From NCBI GenBank assembly GCA_964035545.1, contig OZ037766.1, positions 11,708,722 through 11,772,721 of the forward strand: a stretch of 64,000 nt of DNA. The letters are read 5' to 3'. Position 1 is the first letter of the stretch; every line of letters starts with the position of its first letter. Below the pieces are notes generated by a model. The model was not told where the DNA came from. It saw nothing but the letters and a program-made list of their open reading frames with translations, and searched no databases. This DNA is from Bugula neritina. Taxonomy: Eukaryota > Animalia > Bryozoa. Made by a program: the position numbers and the translations under genes. This document shows positions 35,130 through 46,800 of this stretch, piece by piece.

Positions 35130-38100
35130 ATGTTTTCAGTGAGACACGCTCGATCAATGCTGTGTGGATTTGTTTTTATAAATTATGGTATATGCTTCCA
35201 ACTGGACCAGTTCACTACTGAAACACGTAAGTATAATTCCACATAGTATACACGCACCAATAGTTGGGGTATTGAAGGCTTAAATATGATCAAACACAGG
35301 GATTACTAATTCAAATTTTAAATGTTTAAAAATTAATAAAGAAACTGTAAGCTCATATATTAGTTTTGTGTTGCAGTGCCAATATTTGGAGTGACTGAGC
35401 CAAACAAAGCAGAATCTGGGTTTGATACTAATCCCTACCATGATTCCAGGGTGAACGCTGAGACAAAACTTATTCGAGCAATCTTCAGGTATGTGTTAAT
35501 AGTGTTCACCTTGAATATGAGTGTTAAATCTTATCACTCATACTAAAAGAACATTAAATCTATATAAACTAGATATTGGTTCTTCCTAAAAAATAGCTCT
35601 GTTCAAATTTGTTGGTTATCAAATTTAAACTTTTTTGTCTCATAGAATTTGCACCTTTGGTTTATAGTTTTATAATGTAACATAGTATCTTGAAAAATTA
35701 AAAAAATTTTTTATAAAATCATTTTTTTCTGGAAACAATTCATTGTAGTATGTTGATTGCTGCACATTAAAGAAAAGCATCTAAAAGTAAATTGCTCATC
35801 GACTATATTATGGATTAATTTTCACCTTTTTTAAATTTTTAACAACCAACTTGAAAACTTTGTAATGGAAAGAACATCCTCAAAACTGTAACATCATTTA
35901 ATGAGTATTTAAGTGTGTCAATGCCTGTAAGTGAAGATTAAAATATATACTTGGTGTCAGACACAAATGGCTTGTGATGTAAGGAGTCGTGCATACGTGG
36001 TAAAAGCTGGCTAAGTGTTGTATGTTCAGTACTTATTAGCAAATTTCATTAGTATTTACAGAAGTTCTGCACAGATATAGTAATTGCAGTTTTTATATTT
36101 GATTTCAGTTTTCCAATGAAACAGCAATATTTTTTGTCTAAACATTAGATTTTTTAGCAAAATATTTTTTTCTTTTAGCAAGGCAGTGTACTAGGCTTAG
36201 TATTAAAGTTCTAATGAATATAGTACATTTAAGAAAGAAATGGAAAGAAATTAGGATATCATATTTCAAATGGTGTTGTCATTGCATGTTATTTAAATAA
36301 TATATTATACTATAAGTAAAACTTTTAAACAATGTTTAAGATGCTAAAGCTTCAAAGTATTTGTTTAGAGACTATGACCATGTATCTAGGCCTGTGCTCA
36401 ACATTTCAAAAAGTGTAGAAGTTGCCTTTGGATACCGTCTCCTTAGCATTCAACTAGTGAGTAGTGTTATTTTATTTTATTTTAGTTGTATACTTTATTT
36501 TGGGAGGTAATGATATATGAAATTCTACGCACTGCAATGAGCTAGCTATCCATAATGCATCTCTAATACAAACTTCCTTTAAGTAGGTTACACACTAAAT
36601 ATGTACTGTAAGTTTGATTTATAACATAAATATGGTAACTAAAAGCGAAGTATATTTTTCAGAGAGCCATTGTTATTTAATTTTATTTACAAAAACATCT
36701 AACTTTTACTTGGTGATATTAGTATTCCACTTGTATTATTGCAACCGATAAAAACACTTAAATGTATAAGTTTTATTTTACCAATTACATAAGTTATCTT
36801 CTTTTAAAAAGCATTCTTCTGCCATTGTGTTTTGTATTTAACATATTGCTGTAAATTGGCAAAGATTACTTTTCAGTATCGCCCTTACAGCTAAAAATAA
36901 CCATTAATTCATTCATGAAACCATATAGACTATGCATAGAAAATCCAGAACTCTGTACCTAACTAAGGATCTCACCTACTTGCTAACTGAGTCACATGAC
37001 CCCAACTTGAACTCCAAAACCCAAATTTAAAAACAAATTAACGATTCTTCACTCAATAAGTCACTCCGGTGTTGTTAAGTTTCCATCACTGTGAAAACCA
37101 CTGATGGGGAATCAGGTTGAGAGCTGTTTGCTTCATATGCTGCATGGTTTTGGAGATTTTTAAAGTAGTGAAGAGGTAGTTATGACCAGAAGCCCATTGC
37201 GAATGAATCTAGTGGGATTCAAACCCATCCGTGATCTATACATCTTTTCTTGATCGGCTCAAACCACTGCACCAAGTTACTCCCTACACAACATTTAATC
37301 AATTTTTAATAGATTAATTTGTACTGAATATTTAGAGTGTGGAAATAAAACAAAAAGAGCAACATTGTATTCTTTAACGTATGAAGTAGAGTTGCTTTTT
37401 TTACACAAATTGTATAAAGGTTTGCAACAATTTTTTAAATAAAATGTGAAAAAGATCAATTTCCGTGTATAGATTTTGAATATGTGTGGGTGTTTTTGGT
37501 CTATTTAAAGTTTGGTAAAACAAAATATGAAGTTTCATAAACATACTCGATGTCTACAGTTGAAAGTACAAAAACCACAGGAGAGTTGTCTACTATTTAT
37601 ACTTAAACATTTGCACTCCAACAGTATAAGTGTTAGCTTTATAAACTCTGACACAGAAGTTGCTGTAATGTAGAGCAAAAGGATTAATGTACCACTTACT
37701 GACTTATACTTATACCCGCATCAGTTTTTTAATTCTAATTTATATTTAAAATCTTCTAATGAATCTAGTCAAAATATTATATTTTAGCTAACTGAAAATT
37801 GTTTCTCTAAATTAATTTTGACTCAACTTTTTGACAAAATAACTAGAGTAAACCACTTATATGTTGTTAACAATATTTTTCAATCAATTTGCATTACAAA
37901 CTGGCTTATGTAACATGCATGATGTATATTTGTTAAATTTTATAATGGATATAGTTATGCTGAAAACTAATGGAAGCAGACAATTTTCAAAAGTTCAATG
38001 TTTTATATATGTTTTTTAAATTTATTCTGTATATATACTATGTGTGTGCCAACTTTTTTTTATATTACTTAATTGTAAGTTTGAGTTAACCCATGAAACC

Positions 38101-41100
38101 TAAATCCACTGACTCCAAGTACTGATAAATCTACAGACCAAAAAGGTGCTGAGGAATACTTCCGACATACTCAAAGTTGCTCATATATATTATTTATTGT
38201 TTGTATTTTAGAATGAAGTCGATCAGTTATTGACTAGCTTTGTGTGGTTGCCTCATGTAAGTCACTCTTTCATCATTTATATGACAAATTAATTTACTTT
38301 ACAGTACATCTTAGCTGCAGAAAACATTTCTACTCTAGTGTTCAGTTTTTATGTTATTGTTTGAGTTAAAATGAGTCATTATGGTTGGGTGCAAATTAGT
38401 TTTAATCTGCAAGTTGCAAAACCTTCAAGAATAATAACCTAATAGAAGCTCAGAGGTATTACAGCCATGTATATTCAGTTAAAATAGTTGAAATATTGTA
38501 TACTATGCTGTTCATGTTATGCAAATTGAGCTAAGGGCATAATATCCTATGTACGTGAATTTAATTTGTATCAGTAAAACTTTTATTATTTTGTTGTAAA
38601 TAGTATTTAGTAAAAATTTTTTTATAAAATCAACAGCGTTGGAGAGATGAACGGCTGACATGGGATCCTGCCCTACACGCTGGTATCGAAACAATAATTA
38701 TACCAAACAAGATGCTTTGGCTACCAGACACTTTCCTCTATCAGAGGTTCGTTGCTTCTTTGGACATTTTACAAAAAAGTTTCCTAACTCATGTTATATA
38801 AATGAAATACTTGTAAGTGAAGATATCAACAATACATGTTCTGTCCCATTGACACTGATACTTTATTGCTCCGGTCAGCATTTGAGTAACTGGAGCATTT
38901 CAAGCTAAAGACTTTTAGGTCAATTACACCAACATATATTCAGTTCTTTGGTTTGTTCATTTTCCGATTATGTAAGTTTTGTAATAATAATAGGCATATA
39001 TCATGCATGACTGCATAATAAGCTATAGCTTATATAACTTTCCTGAATACTTATTTTAAAAAAGCTGCATGGCAATATATATCCTTATTGTGGTGACAAG
39101 GTTTATGCAACAATCGATGCAAAACATTTTTAACACATAGAAGCACATAATTAATGAAACTGAAATTTTTGTATCTGCAGTTATGTTACATAAGTTACAA
39201 CAAATTCCCAGCTTCTTTTTATCATGATTAAAAAGAAGACAATTCCTAATAATTAATGCAAAACCTGAATGTTTGCTGTTTGATAATTAGTAAAACCACT
39301 AAGCTAGCTAACTCATTTATTATTATGGTGTATAAATCAACAAACAAATTTACAAGTAAGATACAGAGAAAGAAAAGTTTACTTACTAACTTTCTTTCAT
39401 TTCATATATCATAAAATGGTCAGGTAGGTATATTGCCAATAGGTGAAATTTGAGTTCACTTTGTCATAGTTTTAATATTTCATAATGTTAGTGATATTAT
39501 ATTGCATTTTTCAATTTTATTTCTTGTAAATAATTTTAGTTCTGATGATTCTGGTTATGTTACATCATTTGACCGAGTGCCTCTGGAATTTACCGGAATG
39601 ATGGAATGGTGGCCATCTGCTATACTACTCAGTCCTTGTATCATAGATGTCACATTCTTTCCCTTTGATTACCAGAAATGCTCTTTGACTATTGGTCCTT
39701 GGGGATACCATAGCAAGCAGGTAATAAACAGATTACAGAGCTTTCTAAAACTGCTAAAATGCTATATAGGATAGTTTGCTATATATTTTATACTAATATT
39801 TTGTGCTTGAAGATATAAGAAAATTGAATTATGTAAGTATAGCTGTATAGGAGTATAATGTAGTATAGTAGTGATGTAGTGGTTAAAGTGCTAGCCTAGT
39901 AAACACAAGGTTAGTGTTTTGAGACCAAACACCATGGTGATGTTAGGAAGAGCATTCAGTTATAATTGCTCCTGTGTAAGATATGAATAAATTCTTAGCC
40001 CGCTTTAAAAAACCCCTTTCCACCAGGAATTTTCACAGAAATAATGGTTTTATACTGTATTGAAGGTGAATTACACATTAATGGACACGGAAGCTAACCT
40101 AGAGAGATACACTGAAAGTGGAGCTTGGGAGTTGCTGAAGACTAGCATTGATAGAGAAGTGCAGTTTTATCCAGAACTGAATATGAGTTACACTCTGATT
40201 GACATTACAATTAAGTTGAAGAGGAAAGCCTTATACTACACACTCAATATTCTTATACCTTGCATTCTGTTGAACGCACTTGGTATTGGTCTCTTTATTT
40301 TACCTGCTGATAGCGGAGAAAAAGTGAGCTTTGGTCTTGGCATATTACTCACGGTGTTTGTATTTGCTATCCTGGTAAATGAGAATATACCAAAGACTTC
40401 TGACTACACTCCTGTAATGGGTTAGTTAATTTGAATGTACTTATAATAGCTTACAGTTGCTATTCATAGTATCCATAACAGAAATTACTAAAGAGCTTTA
40501 GTAGGAATAATTAAATTAAAGCATTTTTGGCATGATTTTTTTCCCTCAATAAATTATTTAGCTCAAGACATTAAATTAAACCAAGTCAAGTTAGATACTT
40601 TCTTGCTTCCCAAATTTTCATCAGCATTCAATATTTATATCCCTTACAATAAGTATCTACACTGTTTATAATATGTGTAATTAAACCTAAAATATTTCAT
40701 GAAATGTTGTAAATTTACATGCATAGCGAATTTCAAGCTCACCAAATTTTATGTATAAAAACAGTCTTTATTTAAGTTACTTATTAATGTAAAGTATCTA
40801 TTGCATGTTTTATTAAAAACTGTTTTTTATCCATCATAACTGTATACTTATAATAAAAATGGCACAATATTTTATACAGTCTCTCAGTTGCACTGTTGGT
40901 TATATATTGAAAATATTTTTCAGGTATATATCTGGTTATTATCATGAGCATGATCTCTTTCTCCCTCTTTATTGCAATCGTCATTGAAAATCTTCACCAC
41001 CGAAGGCCTAAGCTGAAACCAGTTCCCAAATGGGTTCGATTTCTGTTTCTAGGAAGGTTTCCGAAATGGCTGGGAATTGAACTGCCCAAGGTACAGCATA

Positions 41101-42485
41101 GCTATTGAAATATTCAATCTGACTAAATTTTGAATTTGCAACTTAAAAAAATGTAATCTTCGCCATTCTCATATATTTTCGCAGTAATCTTTGAAAATTG
41201 TGGTATACCTCAAATACAAATTAAGTTGAAAAAAACTGCTTCGCCTGTAATTTTACCTTTTTATTTGTGGAAATGATAGATTTTGATTTATGCTATTGAA
41301 CTTACTTTTAAAGCATATTGCAAAATACTTATTCTAATATTGGTTATTTATTGTAGTATATCTAGTTTATCCATTGAACTACAGATTCATACTTTCAACA
41401 TAAAGCATGGCAAGATTTTGCTACACACCCAAAAAACTCAAAACAAACAAAATATGCAGTGACTAGAGCACTTTTTGCTAGTGACTACCTCATATTTTGC
41501 TAAAAATATGCATCTAACTACTATGTAATTAGTGTTACTGTGTTAGAGAAATTAGGCGTTGAAGTGACCAAGATTGTTGCCAACTGTATTGCTCTTTTGA
41601 CTGAGAGAGTCCATAGTACAAATTTCGTATATTATTTGAACCAAGCTTTTAAATAGGTTTGATTTTTATTCATAATTTACATAATATATGCCATGAAATT
41701 CATAGATGGCTAGTTCTCAATAAATATTTTATAATACAGCAGGAACTCTTTTATTGTTTTGCAGCTTCCCCTGTTTACATCATTTTCAAACCAAGGGCTA
41801 ACGCCAAAGAAAAAAAGGCGTGTCAAGATGTTTAGAAGACTGATGAGCCTAGCTAAAAAGACAGACACACCCAGTAAGGAAATGGAAGAGTCCGTCCAAT
41901 TGGCAAGTTTATCCAATGTTATTACTATGAGTTATTGGGATGCACCACGTATAGAGTATTTCATGCAACTAGCAATTTGTAAGCTTTCAACTATAATACG
42001 TATGTTTTATAAGAATGACTAATAGACTGTTTATAGCAAGTTACAGCTCTCTGCTTATTTTAGTGCAGCAAATGTGAAAGTGCTCTAGCTACTCGTGCCA
42101 GAAAACTGTTTTGTCCTCAAAATCTCGTCACAACTCAATTACATGTAAAAGCACTATTTAATTTTAACATAAATTCATCAATCTGGTTAGCATATTAAGC
42201 TCCTATGGTACGTTGTAGAACATTCAAAACGAATGCAGCAACCATTCAAGTCAAGAGAATGGAGGAATAGAGAACTTAAATTTTACACACTCTCCAAGTG
42301 AACAAGAGCGGCTACAAGATGCTTACAAGAACATGCCATTTGATGAAAAAGACAATGATGAATGGATATTGGTAGCTTTAGTCTTGGACAAACTACTTGG
42401 TTGGATTTCTTTGGCCTTGATAATACTGACAACCAGCGTAGTAGTCATTATTGTACCCCTTTATCAAGCCCAAAGGCATTACTGA
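35130..42485 (+). CDS. Nicotinic acetylcholine receptor-like Cys-loop channel subunit, non-alpha type. Approx. exons 35130-35226, 35377-35488, 36369-36457, 38212-38256, 38637-38746, 39540-39720, 40066-40421, 40924-41090, 41765-?, 42064-42143?, 42219-42485
   Basis: Signal-like start, YD..SRPV, W.DERL.W, LWLPD, Cys-loop CIIDVTFFPFDYQKC, M1 YYTLNILIPC, DSGEKVSFG (cationic-type M2 entry) and M4 EW..VALVLDK. Confidence 0.9.
37100..37285 (-). mobile_element. Possible tRNA-derived SINE remnant, different family
   Basis: Reverse strand has A-box-like tggtgcagtgg and B-box-like ggtttgaatcc but no clean cloverleaf. Confidence 0.4.
39869..40050 (+). mobile_element. tRNA-derived SINE, family A
   Basis: Shares gtagtggtt..gcctagtaaac..ggtgatgttagga.gagcattcagt.ataattgctc with the 21826 copy. 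Confidence 0.7.
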
Positions 42486-43074
42486 AATAAGCTGAATAAT
42501 ATTTCACCCACTTATGCTAATTTTTTGTAGACAGATGCCGGTACAAATACACCGTGAATTTTTTTAAATCTCTCAACAGAATGTTGGTTGTTCTATGCAA
42601 CATGTATTGTTTTTCTCTTTCATAACTATCAAAATTAATTCCCAGCAAACACGACCTGCTCAAAAGATTCTGCATTGGGACATTTCTGCTGGTAGATTGC
42701 AAGGTTCCAGCACCCTTCCCAGCTAGCAAAATAGTTTATAGGAATATTGATTTTCTAGATAAATAAATAACGCAAGAAGCAAATTTTGATGCTTATATCT
42801 TCAACTTATCAACTTCTAGCTCTTGCTGTGCTCGAACATGTGAAACAATTTGTTGATTAATAAGTTCAATTTATTATAAGCTCATAAACATAGACAACGT
42901 ATTGCAATATTGGTAACAAAATAACAAAAAGAAAAAAACTTAATTTGATAATTCAAAATTATTTAATAAATAGTTCACATCCAGGAGCCAATCATTCATT
43001 GAATCTAAAATAGAATTATAACGCATACAGTTTCAGGATTATGTTGAACAGATTTGGTTTAACAGTATGAATGG

Positions 43075-43299
43075 ATTTGTATAAAGCATGGTTTTACCCA
43101 GTGGTCACAGCCACATAGTAGCTACACCAAGTTCAGGTATATGCTATACTCAGTCCACACCAGATACAAGTACCTGGGGACATGTTTTATCTGCGACAGT
43201 GTAGAGGGAAGCTGCACAGTGACTGACTTAATTAGTAGAACTAAACAGACAGACTAGTCAACACCACAGCTGGCGCCAATAGCCTAGCTGCTCTGTCAA
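43075..43299 (-). ncRNA. SNORA73: U17/snR30 (SNORA73)-family H/ACA snoRNA, copy 1, in predicted 3'-UTR intron of eIF3A
   Basis: ~225 nt. H box AGAUAA, m1-like GCAUAUACCUG, m2 AAACCAUGC, ACA 3 nt from the predicted end. Confidence 0.85.
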
Positions 43300-43831
43300 C
43301 ATCTAGCAGATCAATAAAGCAATAACAAAAAACTTCAATTTAAAGTTCAGATTGAAAATATGTTTGCATTTTTTCAAGTTATTTAAGGTATACACTGACC
43401 AGTTGAGACTAACAATTAAAACTGACCCAAAATTTATAGGTAGTATTTCTACTTGCGGAATTGTAGCTACTTGATGAAAACATGGGTATAGTTGGTATAT
43501 CATTTGAAAAATAAAAAGCTGCACTATTTGTAAGTTATTAAAAAAATTCAAAATTTTTTTACACAACCACCATTTTTGATAATGAAAAACAGGACACTGG
43601 CACATTTTTTAATTGAGAATTTCACAAACAAATTCAAACTGTTTTGATCGTTTCATTACACATTTTAGCGTCAATAACCTTAAGCAAAACAAAATATTAG
43701 CAGCTACAAGTTCATAAAATGGGAAGAAAATTCAGCCTGTACTACATAGTTAGTTGCCCATTACTAAATGAATGACAAGTGCTATCCCGGCTGATGAGAA
43801 AAACAAATGGATAACACGGACTCACCAACAA

Positions 43832-46800
43832 TTATTTTTTGTATCGGACTGTACTCCAACCATCTGCATCGTTTTGTGGAGGTTTATCTTCCTCCTGCCG
43901 CCTAGGTGGTGGGCCATCTCCTAGAAAAGTAAATTAAATATTTACACACAACATTTTCTGTATATAAAAAAACATTAATTAGCATTCAATTGTTTACTTG
44001 CAAAAAACCTAAAAATCTTAAGAGCAAAATCAACAGCGCAAATCGAGAGGACAATTGGACAATGGCCCACTTCTACAGTTATTATAGTGCAAGCTGGTAG
44101 GCAACACGAACCTCTACGCCAAGAGCTATCTCCCTTTTTAGTATCACGAGAGCCACTTCCTCGGGAAGGCAGTTCAATTCGCCGAGGCCCGCTTTCTCCT
44201 CGCCGCCATGAACTTTCACCTCTAAAAATGAAATGTTTCAACAAACAGTCAGAGATGCATCTACAGAGATCAGATCTATGGTTTGTATAAAGCATGGTTT
44301 TACCCAGTAGTCACAGCCACATAGTAGCTACACCAAGTTTAGGTATATGCTATACTCAGTCCACACCAGATACAAGTACCCGGGGACATGTTTTATCTTT
44401 GACAGTGTAGAGGGAAGCTGCACAGTGACTGCCTGAATTAGTAGAACTAAACAGACAGACTAGTCAACACCACTAACTACCACAGCTGGCGCCAATAGCC
44501 TAACTGCTCTGTCAGCATTAGAATGTAAAGCACCCAACCGCATCAAAAGCAAAGCTTACCCTCTGGTATCCTGGCCAAAGCCTCGATCGTCTGATCGACG
44601 GTTTGAGTCATCAGCACCACGGGTCCATCTGTCATCCCCACCGCGTCTTTCAAAACGATTGCTATCTCCACGTCTCTCAAATCTATCACTGTCACCACGC
44701 CTTTCAAATCCGCCATCTCGCCTGTCATATCCATCTTTGCGACCACCATCCCTAGACCATGGCTCATCTCTTCGTCCACCGCCATCTCTAAACCTGTCCC
44801 TAGGTGGTTCGTCTCTAAGCCTGTCCCTTGGTGGTTCGTCTCTGAACCTGTCCCTCGGTGGTTCGTCTCTAAGCCTGTCCCTAGGTGGCTCATCTCTGAA
44901 TCTGTCCCTAGGTGGCTCATCTCTGTAACGATCCCTGGACTCCTCACCATCGTCACTATAACAAAAACAACAGTAGTTATGGCACAGAAACAAACACAGA
45001 TGGATTTGTATAAAGCATGGTTTTACCCAGTAGTCACAGCCACATAGTAGCTACACCAAGTTTAGGTATATGCTATACTCAGTCCACACCAGATACAAGT
45101 ACCTGGGGACATGTTTTATCTTTGACAGTGTAGAGGGAAGCTGCACAGTGACTGACTGAATTAGTAGCACTAATCAGACAGACTAGTCAACACCACTAAC
45201 TACCACAGCTGGCGCCAATAGCCTAGCTGCTCTGTCAACATCAACAAGTGGCAGAAGTCTTCATACATGCTCCTGAAACTTCAGGTAAACAGAGATTTTT
45301 CTTCTATAACGAGTTTTGAAAACATCAGAAAAATATTAAATTGGCCACATGATTCGTGTAATAATTTATTTAGCACAACAGGACTTTTTCAAAACCACAA
45401 GGAAAGGAAATAACAAAGTATGTATTAGCTTACCCTTTCTTTTTCCAGGAATCTTTTTTAGCAGCTTCTCGCTCTCTCCAGCCACCGCTGCCTCCAGTTC
45501 CCCCGACACGATATGCACCAGAAGAGGGCGCTGCTGATTGACGAGCTTGTTTCTCTTCAATTTCCAACTCGCGCTGTCTCTGCTTGGCAGCGATGGCCTC
45601 AAGCTTAGCCAGTCTTTCTTCTTCCATTTTTTGTTTCTGTTCCATTTCTTCTTTTTCTCGGGCTATTCTTTCTTCTCGTTCTGTAAAAATAAATGTTTAA
45701 GTTTTGAGTTACCTCAGCAAGACAATGTAACAAATCACTAAATACAGGCACTGCTATATGTTTGCATACTTCTTTGCACATTGCTGTAAAGCTAAGTGCA
45801 CTTATTCTGATACACTTTCATTTAGGCATCTCGTAATATCAAAAGCTATTAGTTAATTTTTGATATAATTGTAACAAAATGCCTGTAACTTATGACCAGA
45901 AAAAACCACTGCAAAATGGAATCACACAAGATGCAACTAACCTCTTCTTGCAGCTTCATCACGTTCGCGCTGTCGACGCTCTTCTCTTGCAGCAATGGCT
46001 TTTACTCTTCTGTCTTCCTTTCTAGCAGCCCGACGTTCTTCTAAGCGCTCCGCCTTGACTTTAGCCAACATTGCATTGTACTCCTTCATCTTGGACTTTA
46101 AAAAATGAACAGAATGTTGATATTTAAAATATGCAATAAACATAAACCATCAATTACAGCCATTACATAAAGATAGAAGATTTGTATAAAGCATGGTTTT
46201 ACCCAGTGGTCACAACCACATAGTAGCTACACCAAGTTTAGGTATATGCTATACTCAGTCCACACCAGATACAAGTACCTGGGGACATGTTTTATCTTTG
46301 ACAGTGTAGAGGGAAGCTGCACAGTGACTGACTGAATTAGTAGAACTGATCAGACAGACTAGTCAACACCACTAACTACCACAGCTGGCGCCAATAGCCT
46401 AACTGCTCTGTCAATAAAAAGCAACAAGACTGGCCAACTTCTTTCAGATCCACCACAAGTTAGCTAGGCTTACCTCATGGCCGTCACGCCTCGAGTCCTT
46501 CAATCTCCCAATAAACTCATCTTTATCCGCCTGCATCTTTTTGAGTCTGTCACGATGTTTTAAAGCCAGTTCTCGTTCCTTTTTCAGTCCTTCAATCTAC
46601 ACACAGAAACCCCAGAATAGCTATAGACGGACCCGAGCATACCGAATGTATCATAGCTGTGAAATCAACGCAGGTCATAACTTGATAGTCATCATAACTC
46701 TATGAATGTGAACAGCAAATATTTATAATCACACCTAATAAACCGGCAAAGAAATATAGCAGCAGACTTCCTTACCCTATCTTTTTCTAGCTGCTCCCAC

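Noticed and set aside
37200-37285. tRNA gene
   Set aside because: A/B-box-like motifs are present but there is no consistent cloverleaf; more likely a SINE head.
44543-44956. Overlapping alternative-frame and antisense ORFs in the eIF3A repeat exon
   Set aside because: Expected shadows of a 27-bp coding repeat.
43075-46414. The four ~230-bp repeats read as a transposon or MITE
   Set aside because: No TIRs or TSDs are evident. There is one per intron, all sense to the host, with H, m1, m2 and ACA motifs.
46644-46760. Possible additional snoRNA (AUGAUGA, ucauag/cuauga hairpin, ACA)
   Set aside because: No convincing H box or canonical D box; left unassigned pending cmscan.
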